A stretch of 64,000 nt of DNA from Antedon mediterranea. Its lineage: Eukaryota; Animalia; Echinodermata. Numbering within the stretch: position 1 is the stretch's first letter; every line of letters begins with the position of its first letter. Position numbers and translations under genes: made by a program. The notes beneath the pieces are model-generated. The model was not told the origin of the DNA. It made no database searches and saw nothing but the letters and a program-made list of their open reading frames with translations. The DNA is taken from the NCBI RefSeq assembly GCF_964355755.1, contig NC_092671.1:33986304-34050303 (forward strand), in the 5' to 3' direction. Below, in pieces: positions 37,901 to 52,753 of the stretch.

Positions 37901-39383
37901 TTGGCAATAAACAACATTAACACTTTTTCCAAATCAACAAGCCACTTAATCAATGTCTGAAAAATTAAGAAATTTCCTCAAAATGACTTTGGGTATGGGT
38001 CGGCTAATTGGGGCCTACATGTTGTCTCAATGCTAATTTCATTTAATATTTTATTCACAAACCATAAAATCTGAATGATGTAAATGTTTCATAATAGAAA
38101 ATGTCTACAAAATAACAGGCAACTGTTCACAAAGTAAGGAAAATATGTTTTCTCCATTTAACAAATAATCTACTCACAGCTGTAGCTAACACTGTATATT
38201 TTCTACAATCTAAAAACAACAAGGAAAAACATTGATAATGGCAATAAACAACATTAACCCTTTTGCTAAATCAACATGCTTCTTAATCAATGTCTGAACA
38301 ATTTCCTCAAAATAACTTTGGGTATGGGCCGGCTGATTGGGGTCTACATGTTGTCTCAATACTACTTTCATTTAATATCTTATTCACAAACCATAAAATC
38401 TGAATTATGTAAATGTTTCATAATATAAAATGCCTACAAAATAACAGGCAACAGTTCACAAAGTAAGGAAAATATGTTTTCTCCGTTTAACAGATAATCT
38501 ACTAATACTCACAGCTGTAGCTGAAACTGTTAATTTTCTACAATCTAAAAAAAAACAAGGAAAAACATTGATAATGGCAATAAACAACATTAACACTTTT
38601 TCCAAATCAACATGCTTCTTAATCAATGTCTGAAAAATTAGGAAATTTCCTCAAAATGACTTTGGGTATGGGCCGGCTGATTGCGGCCTACATGTTGTCT
38701 CAATGGTAATTTCATTTAATTATTTGATCACAAACAATAAAATCTGAATTACGTAAATGTTTCCTAATAGAAAATGTCTACAAAATAACAGGCAACAGTT
38801 GACAAAGTAAGGAAAATATGTTTTCTCCGTTTAACAGATAATCTACTGATACTCACAGCTGTAGCTGAAACTGTATATTTTCTACAATCTAAAAAAAAAC
38901 AAGGAAAAACATTGATAATGGCAATAAACAACATTAACACTTTTTCCAAATCAACAAGCTTCTTAATCAATGTCTGAAAAATTAAGAAATTTCCTCAAAA
39001 TGACTTTGGGTATGAGACAACTGATTAGGGCAGGCAACAGTTCACAAAGTAAGGAAAATATGTTTTCTCCGTTTAACAAATAATCTACTGATACTCACAG
39101 CTGTATAGCTGAAACTGTATATTTTCTACAATCTAAAAAAAACAAGGAAAAACATTGATAATGGTAATAAACAACATTAACACTTTTTCCAAATCAACAA
39201 GCTTCTTAATCAATGTCTGAAAAATTAAGAAATTTCCTCAAAATGACTTTGGGTATGGGTCGGCTGATTGGGGCCTACGTGTTGTCTCAATGGTAATTTC
39301 ATTTAATAGTTTGATCACAAACAATAAAATCTGAATTATGTAAATGTTTCATAATAGTGAATGCCTACAAAATAACAGGCAAC
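34940..39383. repeat. ~345-bp satellite array (13-14 units, two shortened to ~242 bp) upstream of RepHel
   Basis: The unit start aggcaac(a/t/g)gtt(c/g)acaaagtaa recurs at ~35465, 35807, 36151, 36498, 36843, 37186, 37428, 37771, 38117, 38446, 38790 and 39032. Confidence 0.95.
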
Positions 39384-41089
39384 ACTTCTCTCCCAATCAC
39401 GAGACCATAAATCATCTCTACAAATTATTTATTTTATGTTCACTACTTACAATATTCTAGAGATTATGAAGTACTGTAGAAACAATAATGTTATTACTGT
39501 ACTTATATCTCTTCCAACAACTACAAGACAAAAATAAATAGGCTAATGACATAAGACAAGTGAAAAAGTGAACTGAATTGACCTACACTACTACTTACTA
39601 GACTATAGTATAGACTAGCCTAAACCCAGGCTACTTGCTACTGTAAGCTTGTTCAACGAGTCGTTGTTTCTTCTCTTTAGGAACTTATACAACTAAAAAC
39701 TAGGCCTAGCCCCTACCTAGGCTAGTAGGCATAGAAGAGAACTTTACAAAGCAGGCTCACCTTGCTAACACAATGCTATTAAGACCTCTAAACTAAGACT
39801 AGTAGTACAATAGTAGGCTATAATTATACCGGTGTTAATTTTAAGGCATGGTATTCAAGATAAAGTTTGTTAACAAATTAGGAGTTAATATATAATTATA
39901 AGCCAGATGCAAAGTGGAACTAGGCTAGCGTCATTATGCCTCTACTACAGTACTGTACAGCTAAATCAAGGCTAGGTCTAGGCCTTCCTGAAGAGGTAAT
40001 CCGGGATACGACTAGCCTAGGCCTAGGCCTATCTTAGAATAGGCCATTTCATGTTGATGACAAACACAAAAGCAATTAAATATTACAAATCAAAAATCCA
40101 AATTAAGCAAAATATATCTTACCTATTTCTTACTATTATATTTAACACAATTGTGTTTAAACTTTTTGTAATATAGGCTATATGTTCGTTTTAACAAATA
40201 AAATTGCGAAGCAATATCGGGAGCAATACTATAATAAATTATTACAAATCCAACATGGAGGTGTAACCACGTTGTTCTTCACTAATATGGCACGCAATCG
40301 TCGCCAAAAGTAACATAAATGCTGTAGGCCTAGGCCCAGACACAATTCACCACATTTTCACCATAAAAGTTTAATTTATATCGTGCGCTAACTTCCTATT
40401 GAAAAAACAAATGTAATGTTCCACAGAAATCAATTTTCCTTCACATGTTAAACATTTTTTAATTTTCATTAGGCCTACGTCATCATAAAAAAAATTAGAA
40501 TAACATCAGTTGCTTAATTTTATCTATAGAGTATATTTTAATCTGTTTAGATCTCATCGGAATGAAAAGTGACCCAAATGATTAAAATTTAATATGGAAG
40601 TTGTTGAATTGTAGATATGAATTCATGTTGTCTATCTGGTATCATGACGTCATCAAGTGATATATGGAGGTAGTATGTACCAAAATATATAATAATCACA
40701 AGGTTTTCCCTGTACCAGTAATATTGTCCACAAAGCATATGGCTCTGATTGTCCATCCGATACGGCGCCACCATAGATTAGGAAGTATACAACTTTTTGT
40801 GAAGGTCACACTCGCAATCTGAGCCTGGACCAAAGGTTGTGTTTTCATGAAAAAAAAACCAATCATATTAAATTCTATTTTGATATTTAATTATTGATTT
40901 TATGCAAATCATTTAATAAAAAATATATATTGCATTGTTGTTTTGACAACTCTTGACAACTACAATGCTGATTTTGCCATCCCTTAAGGACTAACGGCTT
41001 ACATAAAATGCAATAAAAAAAAAAAAACGAGTAAAACAATTAAATCATATCATAATGACATTTAATAGTTGTCTTGTAGCAAACAGAAC

Positions 41090-44000
41090 ATTAATTATTC
41101 ATCTTAATTAGCAGCAAATTACACCGATTATAAATACAACATTATTAGGCCTATATTTATATTATTTATTATTATTTACAACAAATTACACTGATTATAA
41201 TACCAAATTTACGTACATTATATATTATCTTAATTAGCAGCAAATTCCACTGATTATAAATACAAAACTATTAAATTTACATTAATTACTTAACTCATTT
41301 ACCAACAAACTACACTGATAATACACAATTATTACACTTTACATAATGATGTATTACAATCAGCAAAAATTTCACCAATTATACATACAAAATCATTAAA
41401 TTGACATTAATAATTTATCTCAATTACCAATAAAAAAATATTTTTTAAATTTATATTAATTATTTATCTTTATTAGCAATAAATTACACTAATTATAAAT
41501 ACAAAATTAAAGCTACATTAAATATTTATTAGCAGCAAATTACACTGATTATAAATATAAAAACATTTAACTCATTTAGCAACTGACACTGACTTTAAGT
41601 ACAAAATCATTACATTTACATTAATTATTAAATAAATTTTATTTTAACTAGCACCAAATTAAACTAAATACAAAATTAAATAATATCAATGTGTTGAAGG
41701 GTGGTCTAGATTAGTGCTAGGCATATTATTAGCTAAAGTTTAATTTTTGTTTAGGCCTAGTTGTCGGGCGTAAGTCTTTTTCACACACGTTCCAGAATTC
41801 TCTCGCAGTTTTTTTTTCTTTGCGGCATGTTATTAGATCGGCATATCAGTTACCTTTTATTCACCGCCAGTTATTGAACTTGTCCTGGCCATCGCTGTTC
41901 ACTTTATTTCCGAGAGAGGTACACGTGTTGATTTCCTAGAGAATGGAATGTCAAAAATGTCTTTGGCACGCCGCTCAGAGAGAAGGCTGTGCGTTGGTGC
42001 TAAAACCTTGTGCCACAAGGCCGAATCCTCTCAGGGAGGGATTTTCCATCTCTCAGATCAACTACCGGGGTGAGACAATATTATTTTCACTCTGCTATGT
42101 TTGAGAGACATGTAATTAAATCGATTGTAATCAATTTGTAAAGTACACACGCTCGAAATACCAACAAGCATGACATAACAGTCAATTGATGAGTGTCGCT
42201 TATTGTTTATCGAAAGTTGAAGACTGTCGTTCAGATTTTTAAAATATGGCGCATACAGATGCAAAACTTTTCAACAGTTCGGCACTTTTGTAAAAGTAAA
42301 ATTTGACACAATCAATATGTAACAATCGTTACATAAAAATAAACAACATGATGGGTATATACACCAATCTGTTTAGATACGCTAGGCCTATTATAAAAAT
42401 ATAAACAGTTGGTTATTTAGGCCTATAATATAGCATAATAGGATATGCCTCGCACCTTTTTGAAATTGTAAACTATGCCTCGCACTTTTGGAAATGATAA
42501 AATAATTCCTCACATACCACGCACTTTTTGAACACTCCTAAAAAAAAAAAAGCATATGCCCCTTTTATCAAACACTATTAAAAAACTTGATATATTGAAC
42601 CATTAGCTCCTTGTTTATTATTATACCCAACCGGTTTTCTCAGCGAAACTTGCAATTGTTAACTTATCGTGGTCGTTAAAAGGTTTTACAACAAAACTGC
42701 AACGTACTAAAGTTACACAAGCCTATTGACGCGCCCCTCGATGTGCTGATTTTGCAAAACTCTTGTAACATCATATAATGACCACAACTAACGGCTTACA
42801 TAAAATGGAATAACATTTTAAAAAACGACTAAAACAAATAAATCATATCATACTGACATTTAATAGGTATCTTGTAGCAAACAGTACAATAGTTATTTAT
42901 CTTAATTAGCAGCAAATTACACCGATTAAAAATACAACATTATTAGGCCTATATTTATATTATATATTTAAGTCAACAAACAACAACAATAAAACTGATT
43001 TTAAAATCTTAATTAGCAGCAAATTACACTGATTGTAAATATAACATTAGTATATTTATATTATTCATTTACCAACAAATTACACTAATTTAAATCATCT
43101 TTAATTAGCAACAAAGTACAAAGATTATAATACAAACTTTACATCTTTAGCAGTAAATTACAGTGATTATACAAAATGATTACACTTTACATTATCTATT
43201 GTAATTTTTAAAAAAAATCATCAATTATAATACAAAATTATTAAATTTAGATTAATAATTTATCTCAATTAGCAAAATTATTATATTTATATTTTTCATT
43301 TAACTAATTTACCAACAAATTACACTGATTTTAAATTATCTTAATTAACAACAAAGTACAAAAATTATAATACAAAATTTACATTGTTTATCTTAATTAG
43401 CAGCAAATTACACCAATAATAATTTATCTGAATTACCAATAAATTACACTAATTATAAATTTAAAAAAATATTCAAATTTACATTAATTATTTATCTTAA
43501 TTAGCAATAAATTACACCGATTAAAAATACAACATTATTAGGCCTATATTTATATTATATATTTAAGTCAACAAACAACAACAATAAAACTGATTTTAAA
43601 ATCTTAATTAGCAGCAAATTACACTGATTGTAAATATAACATTAGTATATTTATATTATTCATTTACCAACAAATTACACTAATTTAAATCATCTTTAAT
43701 TAGCAACAAAGTACAAAGATTATAATACAAACTTTACATCTTTAGCAGTAAATTACAGTGATTATACAAAATGATTACACTTTACATTATCTATTGTAAT
43801 TTTTAAAAAAAATCATCAATTATAATACAAAATTATTAAATTTAGATTAATAATTTATCTCAATTAGCAAAATTATTATATTTATATTTTTCATTTAACT
43901 AATTTACCAACAAATTACACTGATTTTAAATTATCTTAATTAACAACAAAGTACAAAAATTATAATACAAAATTTACATTGTTTATCTTAATTAGCAGCA

Positions 44001-44170
44001 AATTACACCAATAATAATTTATCTGAATTACCAATAAATTACACTAATTATAAATTTAAAAAAATATTCAAATTTACATTAATTATTTATCTTAATTAGC
44101 AATAAATTACACTGATTATAAATATAAACATATTAAATTTACATTAATCATTTAACACCAAATTACATCA
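41090..44170. repeat. AT-rich degenerate minisatellite blocks (ttagcagcaaattacactgattataaatacaaaa), interrupted by unique sequence at ~41700-42880, with a near-exact 596-bp duplication
   Basis: The motif is reiterated many times; aaattacaccgattaaaaatacaacattattaggcc occurs at ~42914 and ~43510. Similar blocks at 48200-48560 and 49900-51950, partly inverted. Confidence 0.8.
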
Positions 44171-44406
44171 ATTTTTTTATAACTAATTTACTCGAACTGA
44201 TTGTTAATTAAAAATTGGAGAGGAAACACATTTCAGACTTGACATTTTTAAAACCAGTGTTTATTTAAACTTTGTCATCATGAAATTTGCAATTTGTGGG
44301 CTAGTTGTATGGTTTATAACATATTGTTTTTTAAACATTGAAATTGATAAACTTATAATCAAAAATTCAATGAAAGTCAATGTAAAGTCAAGGTGTTGTC
44401 GAAAGG

Positions 44407-44975
44407 ATGTCGAAAGTACTGAAGATGTACATAGTCGAAAAATTTGAAAGGATTGAATCTTCTAAGTGGCGGAGATCCTTCGGTGTTGGTTCAGTAATGA
44501 AATGTAATGATACCAAAATAAAAAATTGCTATATAAATGAGACAGAAGGTGTACTAGCAAAACGATTATTCATGTTAGAGATCGGAAGAAAAGTTATGAT
44601 AACCGAACGTTAAACCAAGCCTTGATAATAATTCATCGAGTTTCACAGACAAATCTAAGGTATGCAATTAATGTATATTTTTTGGTAATATAATTGTTTA
44701 TTTAATTTACAAAAGTGCCATTTATTTGTTATTAGGCCCACATCTATGTCGATATAAAATATTCACCAGATGTATATATTCAATTATAAACTATTATTTA
44801 TTAATATAATTATATAAAAGAAAATCCAAATATATATAATATAGATTCAGTTTTACCATCACATGTTATGATTTCAAAAAACAAAACAGTGTATTTATTG
44901 CCTTGTATGACATAGTGATGTATCGACATAGTTATGTGGGGAGAAGCAGCCTCCAGAGTGTCGGGTGCTATGACT
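44407..44975 (+). pseudogene. Inverted, frameshifted copy of exon 1 (plus an exon 3 fragment) of the OB-fold gene
   Basis: MSKVLKMYIVEKFERIESSKWRRSFGVGSV... is homologous to 55846-56097. Frameshift near 44610; the donor AAG|GTATG is retained at 44659. Confidence 0.8.
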
Positions 44976-45301
44976 AATAATTTACACTGATTTTAAATTA
45001 TCTTAATTAACAACAAATTACAAAGATTATAACACAAAATATACATTATTTATCTTAATTAGCAGCAAATTACACTGATTATAAATACAAAATTATTAAA
45101 TTTACATTAATCATTTACCTCATTTAGAAACAAATTACATCATTTAAAAAAAAAAATTTACTGAAATTTATTACTTAAAAATTTGCAGGGAACAACATTT
45201 CAGACTTCACGTTTTTAAAATCCAGTGTTTATTAAACTTTGTAGGTTAGTTGGTTTATAATATATTGTTTTTTAAACATTTAAATTGATAAAATTATAAT
45301 T

Positions 45302-45735
45302 GAAAAATTTTAACAGAGGGAATCTTCAAGCAGCAGAGATATTCAGTGTTGGTTCAGTAATTTAAAGTAATAATACCAAAGTAAAAAATTGCTATATAAA
45401 TAAGACAGAAGGTGTAGTAGCAAAACAATTATTCATGTTAGAAGTGGGAAGTAAGGTTATGATAACCGAACTTAAAACCAACTATTGATAATAATTCATT
45501 GAGGTTGACAAACAAATCTAAGGTATGCAATTAATGTGTACCTTATGAAACACCAAAATATAAAAAAAGTGTTGACATTAGGCATTAGCCTACTTAATTG
45601 TATCGACGTAGTTATATGGTGGGGGTGGGGGAACCAGCCTTGGGTGTGTCGGGTGCTATGACAAATCAAATTAACAATATCAGCACTTATAATGGAAGAA
45701 AAGGGGTTAAGAACTACCCTTCAACAGTGTTGGAG
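45302..45735 (+). pseudogene. Inverted, decayed exon 1 + exon 3 fragment of the OB-fold gene
   Basis: Homology to exon 1 (to ...aaatctaag|gtatg), then exon 3 (tatgaaacaccaaaatat...tcaacagtgttggag|gtatg). Confidence 0.75.
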
Positions 45736-45956
45736 GTATGTATTTCCTTTATTACTTTAAAAAAATATTAATTAGCATTGTATATTTTGTAGATAAGATT
45801 ATCATATATGTCTATTAAATAATCAATGTTAATTCAGTATATTAATAAATAATAAAAGTAAATTTAATGATTTTAAGTACAAAATCATTAAATTTACTTT
45901 TCAACAAATATATAAAATAAAAACGCATTAAAACAAACTTGCAAAGAACTGTTACC

Positions 45957-47844
45957 TTACAAAAATTGAATATCAGTAATACACCCAAAACTATAATAAT
46001 AATTCACACGACATGGCAAATTAAAATTGAAATCAAAGTGTAGATCTTCTGGTATGTGTAGTAGAGAGAGCATCATTTTCCATTAACATGTCAACAGGAT
46101 ACCTGCAATCAAAACAATCATTATAATAATCAAAATAGATATAAAATACTATTTTAAAGATGCATTGTCCCCCAAATACATGAAAAATTATTAAAAAAAA
46201 AAAAAAAGGTTATTAACATCAGACTTTAAATAGCCCATTTTGTAGTTTTAATGAAGTAATCACTTCCATAAAAAAATTTAAAAAAACAAGATTTTCACAT
46301 CTTAACCAAAAGCAACCATTTTGATTATTTTTGCCTTAAATTACATTATTTTTAGGTAAATAACTTTTTTCTCCAATTTTATTAAACTATAGATGCATTA
46401 AATAGGAATAGCCTATACACATTTCACTGACTTTTAGCCTTCTATTATAGTGGCTCTTTTGGCGCTCCATAAAAACGTCAATATATGCAAAATTGACAAA
46501 TCATGTGCAAGAAACACGTCGTAAATTCATCAATTTAAAGGATTTATTTGTTACTTTTTCTGTAACTCTACATCGTAAAAGTATATATGAGGTCTAATTC
46601 GAAGGTGTGGTATTCAGGAAAAAGTTTCTTAACAAATTTGGAGTCGAAATAAAATTCAGGTACGAAACGAAACTAGCGCCGTTCATTAAACTAACTGTGC
46701 TACATAAGCCTAGGCCTAGATTAAATCAAAAGAAAATATTACCTTCTATAATGTCCCATTCAAAGATAGCCCTGTTTTCTTCGGGCTTCCCCTAGCTGTT
46801 GACATTGACACCGTCGATAGTCTGACAAAATTACGAACAACTTCCATATTGACATTAAAATCAGCAATATTTGTAAAAACCTATTAACACAAAAGAAAAA
46901 TAATCATTAAAACAAAATATGTATATAGGCGTTCTAGGCTTACACCACCACACTCCACAGGTTGGTCATTTCTTACTTCAATTTGTATTTGATGAACAAA
47001 CATCAGAAAATTTTATTTATTAAAAAAAAAAATCATACAACTCAGAATTTACAATTATACTGGCAATATGGCATAACAATTATACTTCAATTATAATATT
47101 ATCAATTTAAATGTTATTTCAATGTTATATATAGATAGGCCTAGGCCTACCATATGGCCTCCAACTAGCCTACAAATTGCAAATTCCATGATGACAAAGT
47201 TTAAATAAACACCGGATATTAGAAATTTCAAGACTGAAATGTCCTTCCCCTCAAAAAACAATTACTCCTCCCTATTCCTTTAACAACGTCTGTTTATTAT
47301 TCAATTATTTATATATATCAACTGGTTTCTACATCTTATTAAATGACATTGTATTACACTATTATAATTGTTAACATGGTTAAGTATTTAGGTACCGTCT
47401 TAGTTTTTTAACTGATTTTATTTTATATTAACATACATAGGCCTAGACGTAGCCTAGCTAGGACCTAGCTAGGCCTAATAACAAATAAATGGCACTTTTG
47501 TAAATTAAATAAACAAATAGGCCTAGGCCTATAATAACAAAAAATATACATTAATATTAATAATAATTCCATACCTTAGATTTGTCAACCTCAACGAATG
47601 TTTATCAATATCAAGACTTCGTTTAACTTCGGTTATCATAAAATAACTCTTCTTCCCACTTCTAACATGAATAATCGTTCTGCATGCTATCTCATTTATA
47701 AATTATATAGCAATACTTTACTTTGGTATCGCCACATTCGAACACTGAACCAACACCGAGGATCTCCGCTCCTTCTTGGAAGATTCCCTCCGTTCAAATT
47801 TTTCGACTAGGCCTAGGCCTATACAATTTACGTATTTTCGACAT
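45957..47844 (-). pseudogene. Degenerate paralog of the OB-fold gene (exon 1 47575-47844, exon 2 46743-46880, exon 5 45957-46102; exons 3-4 absent)
   Basis: Exon-by-exon homology with conserved splice sites; indels in exons 1 and 5. Confidence 0.8.
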
Positions 47845-50800
47845 CCCTCTCTCGACAATCCATACACCTTGGCTTCACATTGACTTTCTGATCCAACTAA
47901 CTAACTAGTTTACGTACCTACTATACCGCAACTTTTGCGCATGAGCGTCATTGATGGACATTTTTTAACCAATCAAATGATCAATATAACAATAAAGTGC
48001 GCATGTTCAGTCATTACCAAAAATAGTAACTAAATGTCCAATCACAACGTAAAGTATATCACATTTACCCGATATGGTGACGAGCAGTGAAAAAAAAAAC
48101 TATGCTAAGTGGCAGCACAAAATACTAGATTTAAATTGCTATTTTTATATTACATTTTGATCATGCCTTCAAATTAAAAATTAGATTAAAAAAGGGGTCT
48201 CGTAATTTGCAAAAAATTACAGATTATAAATAAAAAATCATTAAATTGACATTAATAATTAATTTAAATTATCAATAAATTACAATAATTATAAATACGA
48301 AAATTATTCAAATTTACATTGTTTATCTTCATTACCAATAAATTACACTAATTATAATACAAAATTTAATTATTTATTAGTAGCAAATTACACTGATTAT
48401 AAATATACAAACATTAACTTTACATTAATCATTTAACACATTTAGCAACAAATTACACTGATGTTAAGTACAAAATCATTAAATTTACATTAATTATTTA
48501 TTATAACTAGCACCAAACTAAACTGATTATGAATACAAAATAATATAAATATGTTAAAGGATGGTCTTATCTGTTTTCTGTTTAATTTAATTTACATTTT
48601 ATTTAGCCTTAAACCTTGGACCTATATCTAAATTATACGTCCATGCTTAAACAATACCAAAACAACCCCACATGTTATTTGATCGGCATATCAGTTACCT
48701 TTTATTCACCGCCAGTCAATGAACTTTATCGCTGTTCAGTTTATTGGGAAGAGAAGTACACGTGTTGATTTCATAGAGAATGGAATGTCAAACATTTTTT
48801 TGCCACGCCGCTCAGAGAAAAGTCTGTACGTTGCTAATATAAGTGTCGCTATAACAATATAATTTATTGTTTATCGAAAGTTGAAGACTGTCATTCTCAT
48901 TTTTAAAATATGACGCATACGGATGCACAACTTTCCAACAGTTTGGGCACTTTTGTAAAAGTAAAATTTGACACAATATGACTTGAATAAAAAAAAACAA
49001 TCGTTACATAAAAATAATCAAACATGATGAGTGTATACGCGAATCTATTTAGATAATTATTAGGCATAAAATATAACATAAATAGCACGGCCTTATCATA
49101 CCGGATTCTTTTTAAGCACAATTCACATTAAAACGCATTCTTTTTTATTTTAATTATTTTTTCACGTTTTTAAAAACAGTTCCCTTTGTTGACAATTTAA
49201 ACCACTTTCTGTTAGTATATGAAAAAATGATTCTTATTAAATAAGCTACATTTTAATTTTTTTTTTTAGAAACATGGTTATATAAAAAAAAAAATGCCCC
49301 AAAACAATTTTTCTTTTTTTTCAATTTTCTTTTTTTTTTTCAATATATATTTTTTTTGTTTTCAATCTAAATATTACATATTTATGTTATAAGCAGTATA
49401 GAGAACACAACTATTCAAAATAAAAACACTTTTATATCTCATTCACCAAAGTGCATGTTAAAACTTTTTTCCATTTACAGTAACTAATGTTTCTACCAAA
49501 TGAAAGGTCTTTCTCGACATTGGTGACTAGACGACATTTTCCATTGTCGGCTTTTCTCGACGTTGGTAAGATTGATACTGACCCTTTAGCTATTAGTTTA
49601 TTATACCCACCTGGTTTTACACTATTTAGCAAAACTTGAAATTGTTAGCTTATCGGGTAGTTAAAAGGTTTTACCATAAAACAAGCCTATTAACGAACAG
49701 TTTGACGCGCCCCACGATGTGCTGATTTTGCAAAACTCTTGTAACATCATATGACCACAATGCTGATTTTACCATTTTCCCCATAACTGTGTAAAGACTA
49801 GCGGCTTACATAAAATGAAATAAAATAAAAAAAATGACTAAAACAATTAAATCATATCATAATGACATTTAATAGTTATCTTGTGCAAACATGATTAAAA
49901 TAATTATTTATCTTAATTAGCAACAAATTACAATGATTATAAATACAACATTATTATATTTACATTTATATTATTCATTTAACTCATTTACCACTGATTT
50001 CAATTATCTTAATTAACAACAAAGTACAAAAAATAAACAAATTCACATCATACTTTAATCATTTAACTATTTACCAAAAAAAATTACACTGATTAAATAC
50101 AACATTTACATTATTTATCTTAATTAGTAGCAAATTACACTGATTAAACAACATGATTTCAATTTACATTTAATCTACTGTAATTAGCAAAAAAAAAAAA
50201 CATTGATTATAAATACAAAATCATTATATATTTAGATTAATAATTAAAAATGTTCAAATTTACATTATTTATTTATACTAATTAGCAATAAATTACACTA
50301 ATTATAAATACAAAATTTACAATAAATATTTATTAGCAACAAATTACACTGATTATAAATACAAAATTATCAAAATTACATTAATCATTTATCTTAATTA
50401 GCAGCAACAGTTGAGCTTGTAGAATTTGTATGGAGTTTTTATTGAAATTAGTAAAAAAACAAACAAACAAAATTAATTATTTCTGCTTATATCATGGAGA
50501 TGGATACATAACAATTTGTTTATGTACCCAAAAATCCGGTTGGTTTTCGCATAACATTTAAGGTTAAATAAAATGTAAACTAAATTAAACAGGTAAGACC
50601 ACCCTTCAACATATTGATATTATTTTATATTTATAATCAGTTTATTTTGAATATTTGTTGTATTTATATTTTTCATTTAACCCAAATTTACAATGATTTT
50701 TAATTATCTTAACAACAAACTACAAATATTATAATACAAAATTTACATTGTTAATCTTAATTATCAGCAAATTACACTGATTATAAATACAGAACTATTA

Positions 50801-52096
50801 AATTTACATGGATTTCCACATAATGGCAGCATGATGTCAAACAAAAACAGCTAATTTAAGGGATTTTTTAATGCATAATTTCTGGGTTTTTTTTACCAAA
50901 TTGTGTGGTTGTTTTGGTAATGTTTAAGGCTAAATAAAATATAAACTAAATTAAACAGAAAAGACCACCCTTCAATTGATGTTATTTTGTATTTATAATC
51001 AGTTTTGCTTTTTTGTATTATAATTAGTGTATTTATAATTTAATAAATTTGTATAAATACAAAATTATTATATTTACATCATTATTTAACTCATTTACCA
51101 ACAATTTACACTGATTTTAAATTATCTTAATTAATAACAAAGTACAAAGATTATAATACAAAATTTAAATTGTTTATCTAAATTAGCAGCAAATTACACT
51201 GATTATAAATACAAAATTATTAAATTTATCTTGATTTCCATGTAAGGGCAACATGATGTCAAACAAAAACAGGTAATTTCAGGGGATGTTATAATGCATA
51301 ATTTCTGTTTTTTACCAAATTGTGTGGTTGTTTTGGTAATGTTCAAGGCTAAATAAAATGTAAACAAAATTAAAGAGATAACAGATAAGACCATAGAGAT
51401 ATTATAGTTCACTATACATAATATCTCTATGGTAAGACCACCCTTTAACATATTGATATTATTTTGTATTTATAATCAGTTGAGTTTGGCACTAGTTTAA
51501 ATAAATAATTAATGTAAATTTAATGATTTTCTACTCAAAATCAGTGACTTGTTGCTAAATGAGTTAAATCATTAATGTTAATTTAATGTTTTTATGTTTA
51601 TAATCAGTGTAATTTGCTGCTAATAAATATTTCATGAAGCCTACATGTTGTATTTATAGTTAGTGTAATTTATTGTTAATGAATATAAATAATTAATATA
51701 AATTTAAATTTTTTCATTTATAATTTAATAAATTTATATAATACAAAAATAATATATTTATATTATTCATTTAACTCATTTACACTAATTTTAAATTATT
51801 TTAATTAACAACAAAATACAAAGATTATAATAAAAAATTTACAGTTATCTAAATTAGCAGCAAATTACACTGATTATAAATACAAAATTATTAAATTTAC
51901 ATTAATCATTTACCTCATTTAGAAACAAAATACAGCATTTAAAAAAAAAAATTTACTGAAATTGATTACTTAAAAATTTGCGCTGAAAGACATTTCAGAT
52001 TTCAAGTTTTTAATATCCAGTGTTTATTAAACTTTGTAGGTTAGTTGGTTTATAATATATTGTTTTTTAAACATTTAAATTGATAAAATTATAATT

Positions 52097-52532
52097 GAAA
52101 AATTTGAACAGAGGGAATCTTCAAGAAGTGGAGATATTCAGTGTTGGTTCAATAACTTAAAGTAATAATACCAAAGTAAAAAAATTGCTATATAAATGAG
52201 ACAGAAGGTGTAGTAGCAAAACAATTATTCATGTTAGAAGTGGGAAGGAAAGTTATGATAACCAAATTTAAACCAACTCTTGATAATAATTCGTTGAGGT
52301 TGACAAACAAATCTAAGGTACGCAATTAATATATACCTTATGAAACACCAAAATATAAAAAAAGTGTTGACATTAGGCATTACCCTACTTAATTGTATCG
52401 ACGTAGTTATATGGTGGAGGGGGGGGGGAAGCAACCTTGGGTCTGTCGGGTGCTATGACAAATCAAATTAACAATATCAGCACTTATAATGGAAGAAAAG
52501 GAGTTAAGAACTACCCTTCAACAGTGTTGGAG
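52097..52532 (+). pseudogene. Second inverted exon 1 + exon 3 fragment (duplicate of 45302-45735)
   Basis: Near-identical to 45302-45735. Confidence 0.75.
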
Positions 52533-52753
52533 GTATGTATTTCTTTTATTACTTTAAAAAAATATTAATAAGCATTGTATATTTTGTAGATAAGATTATC
52601 ATATATGTCTATTAAATAATCAATGTTAATTCAGTATATTAATAAATAATAAAAGTAAATTTAATGATTTTAAGTACAAACTCATTAAATTTACTTTTCA
52701 ACAAATATATAAAATAAAAACACATTAAAACAAACTTGCAAACAACTGTTACC

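Noticed and set aside
40690-40790. Walker-A-like ITGTGKT or DEAD-box-like IYGGA peptides on the minus strand
   Set aside because: They lie in different short frames with no supporting motifs; likely chance.
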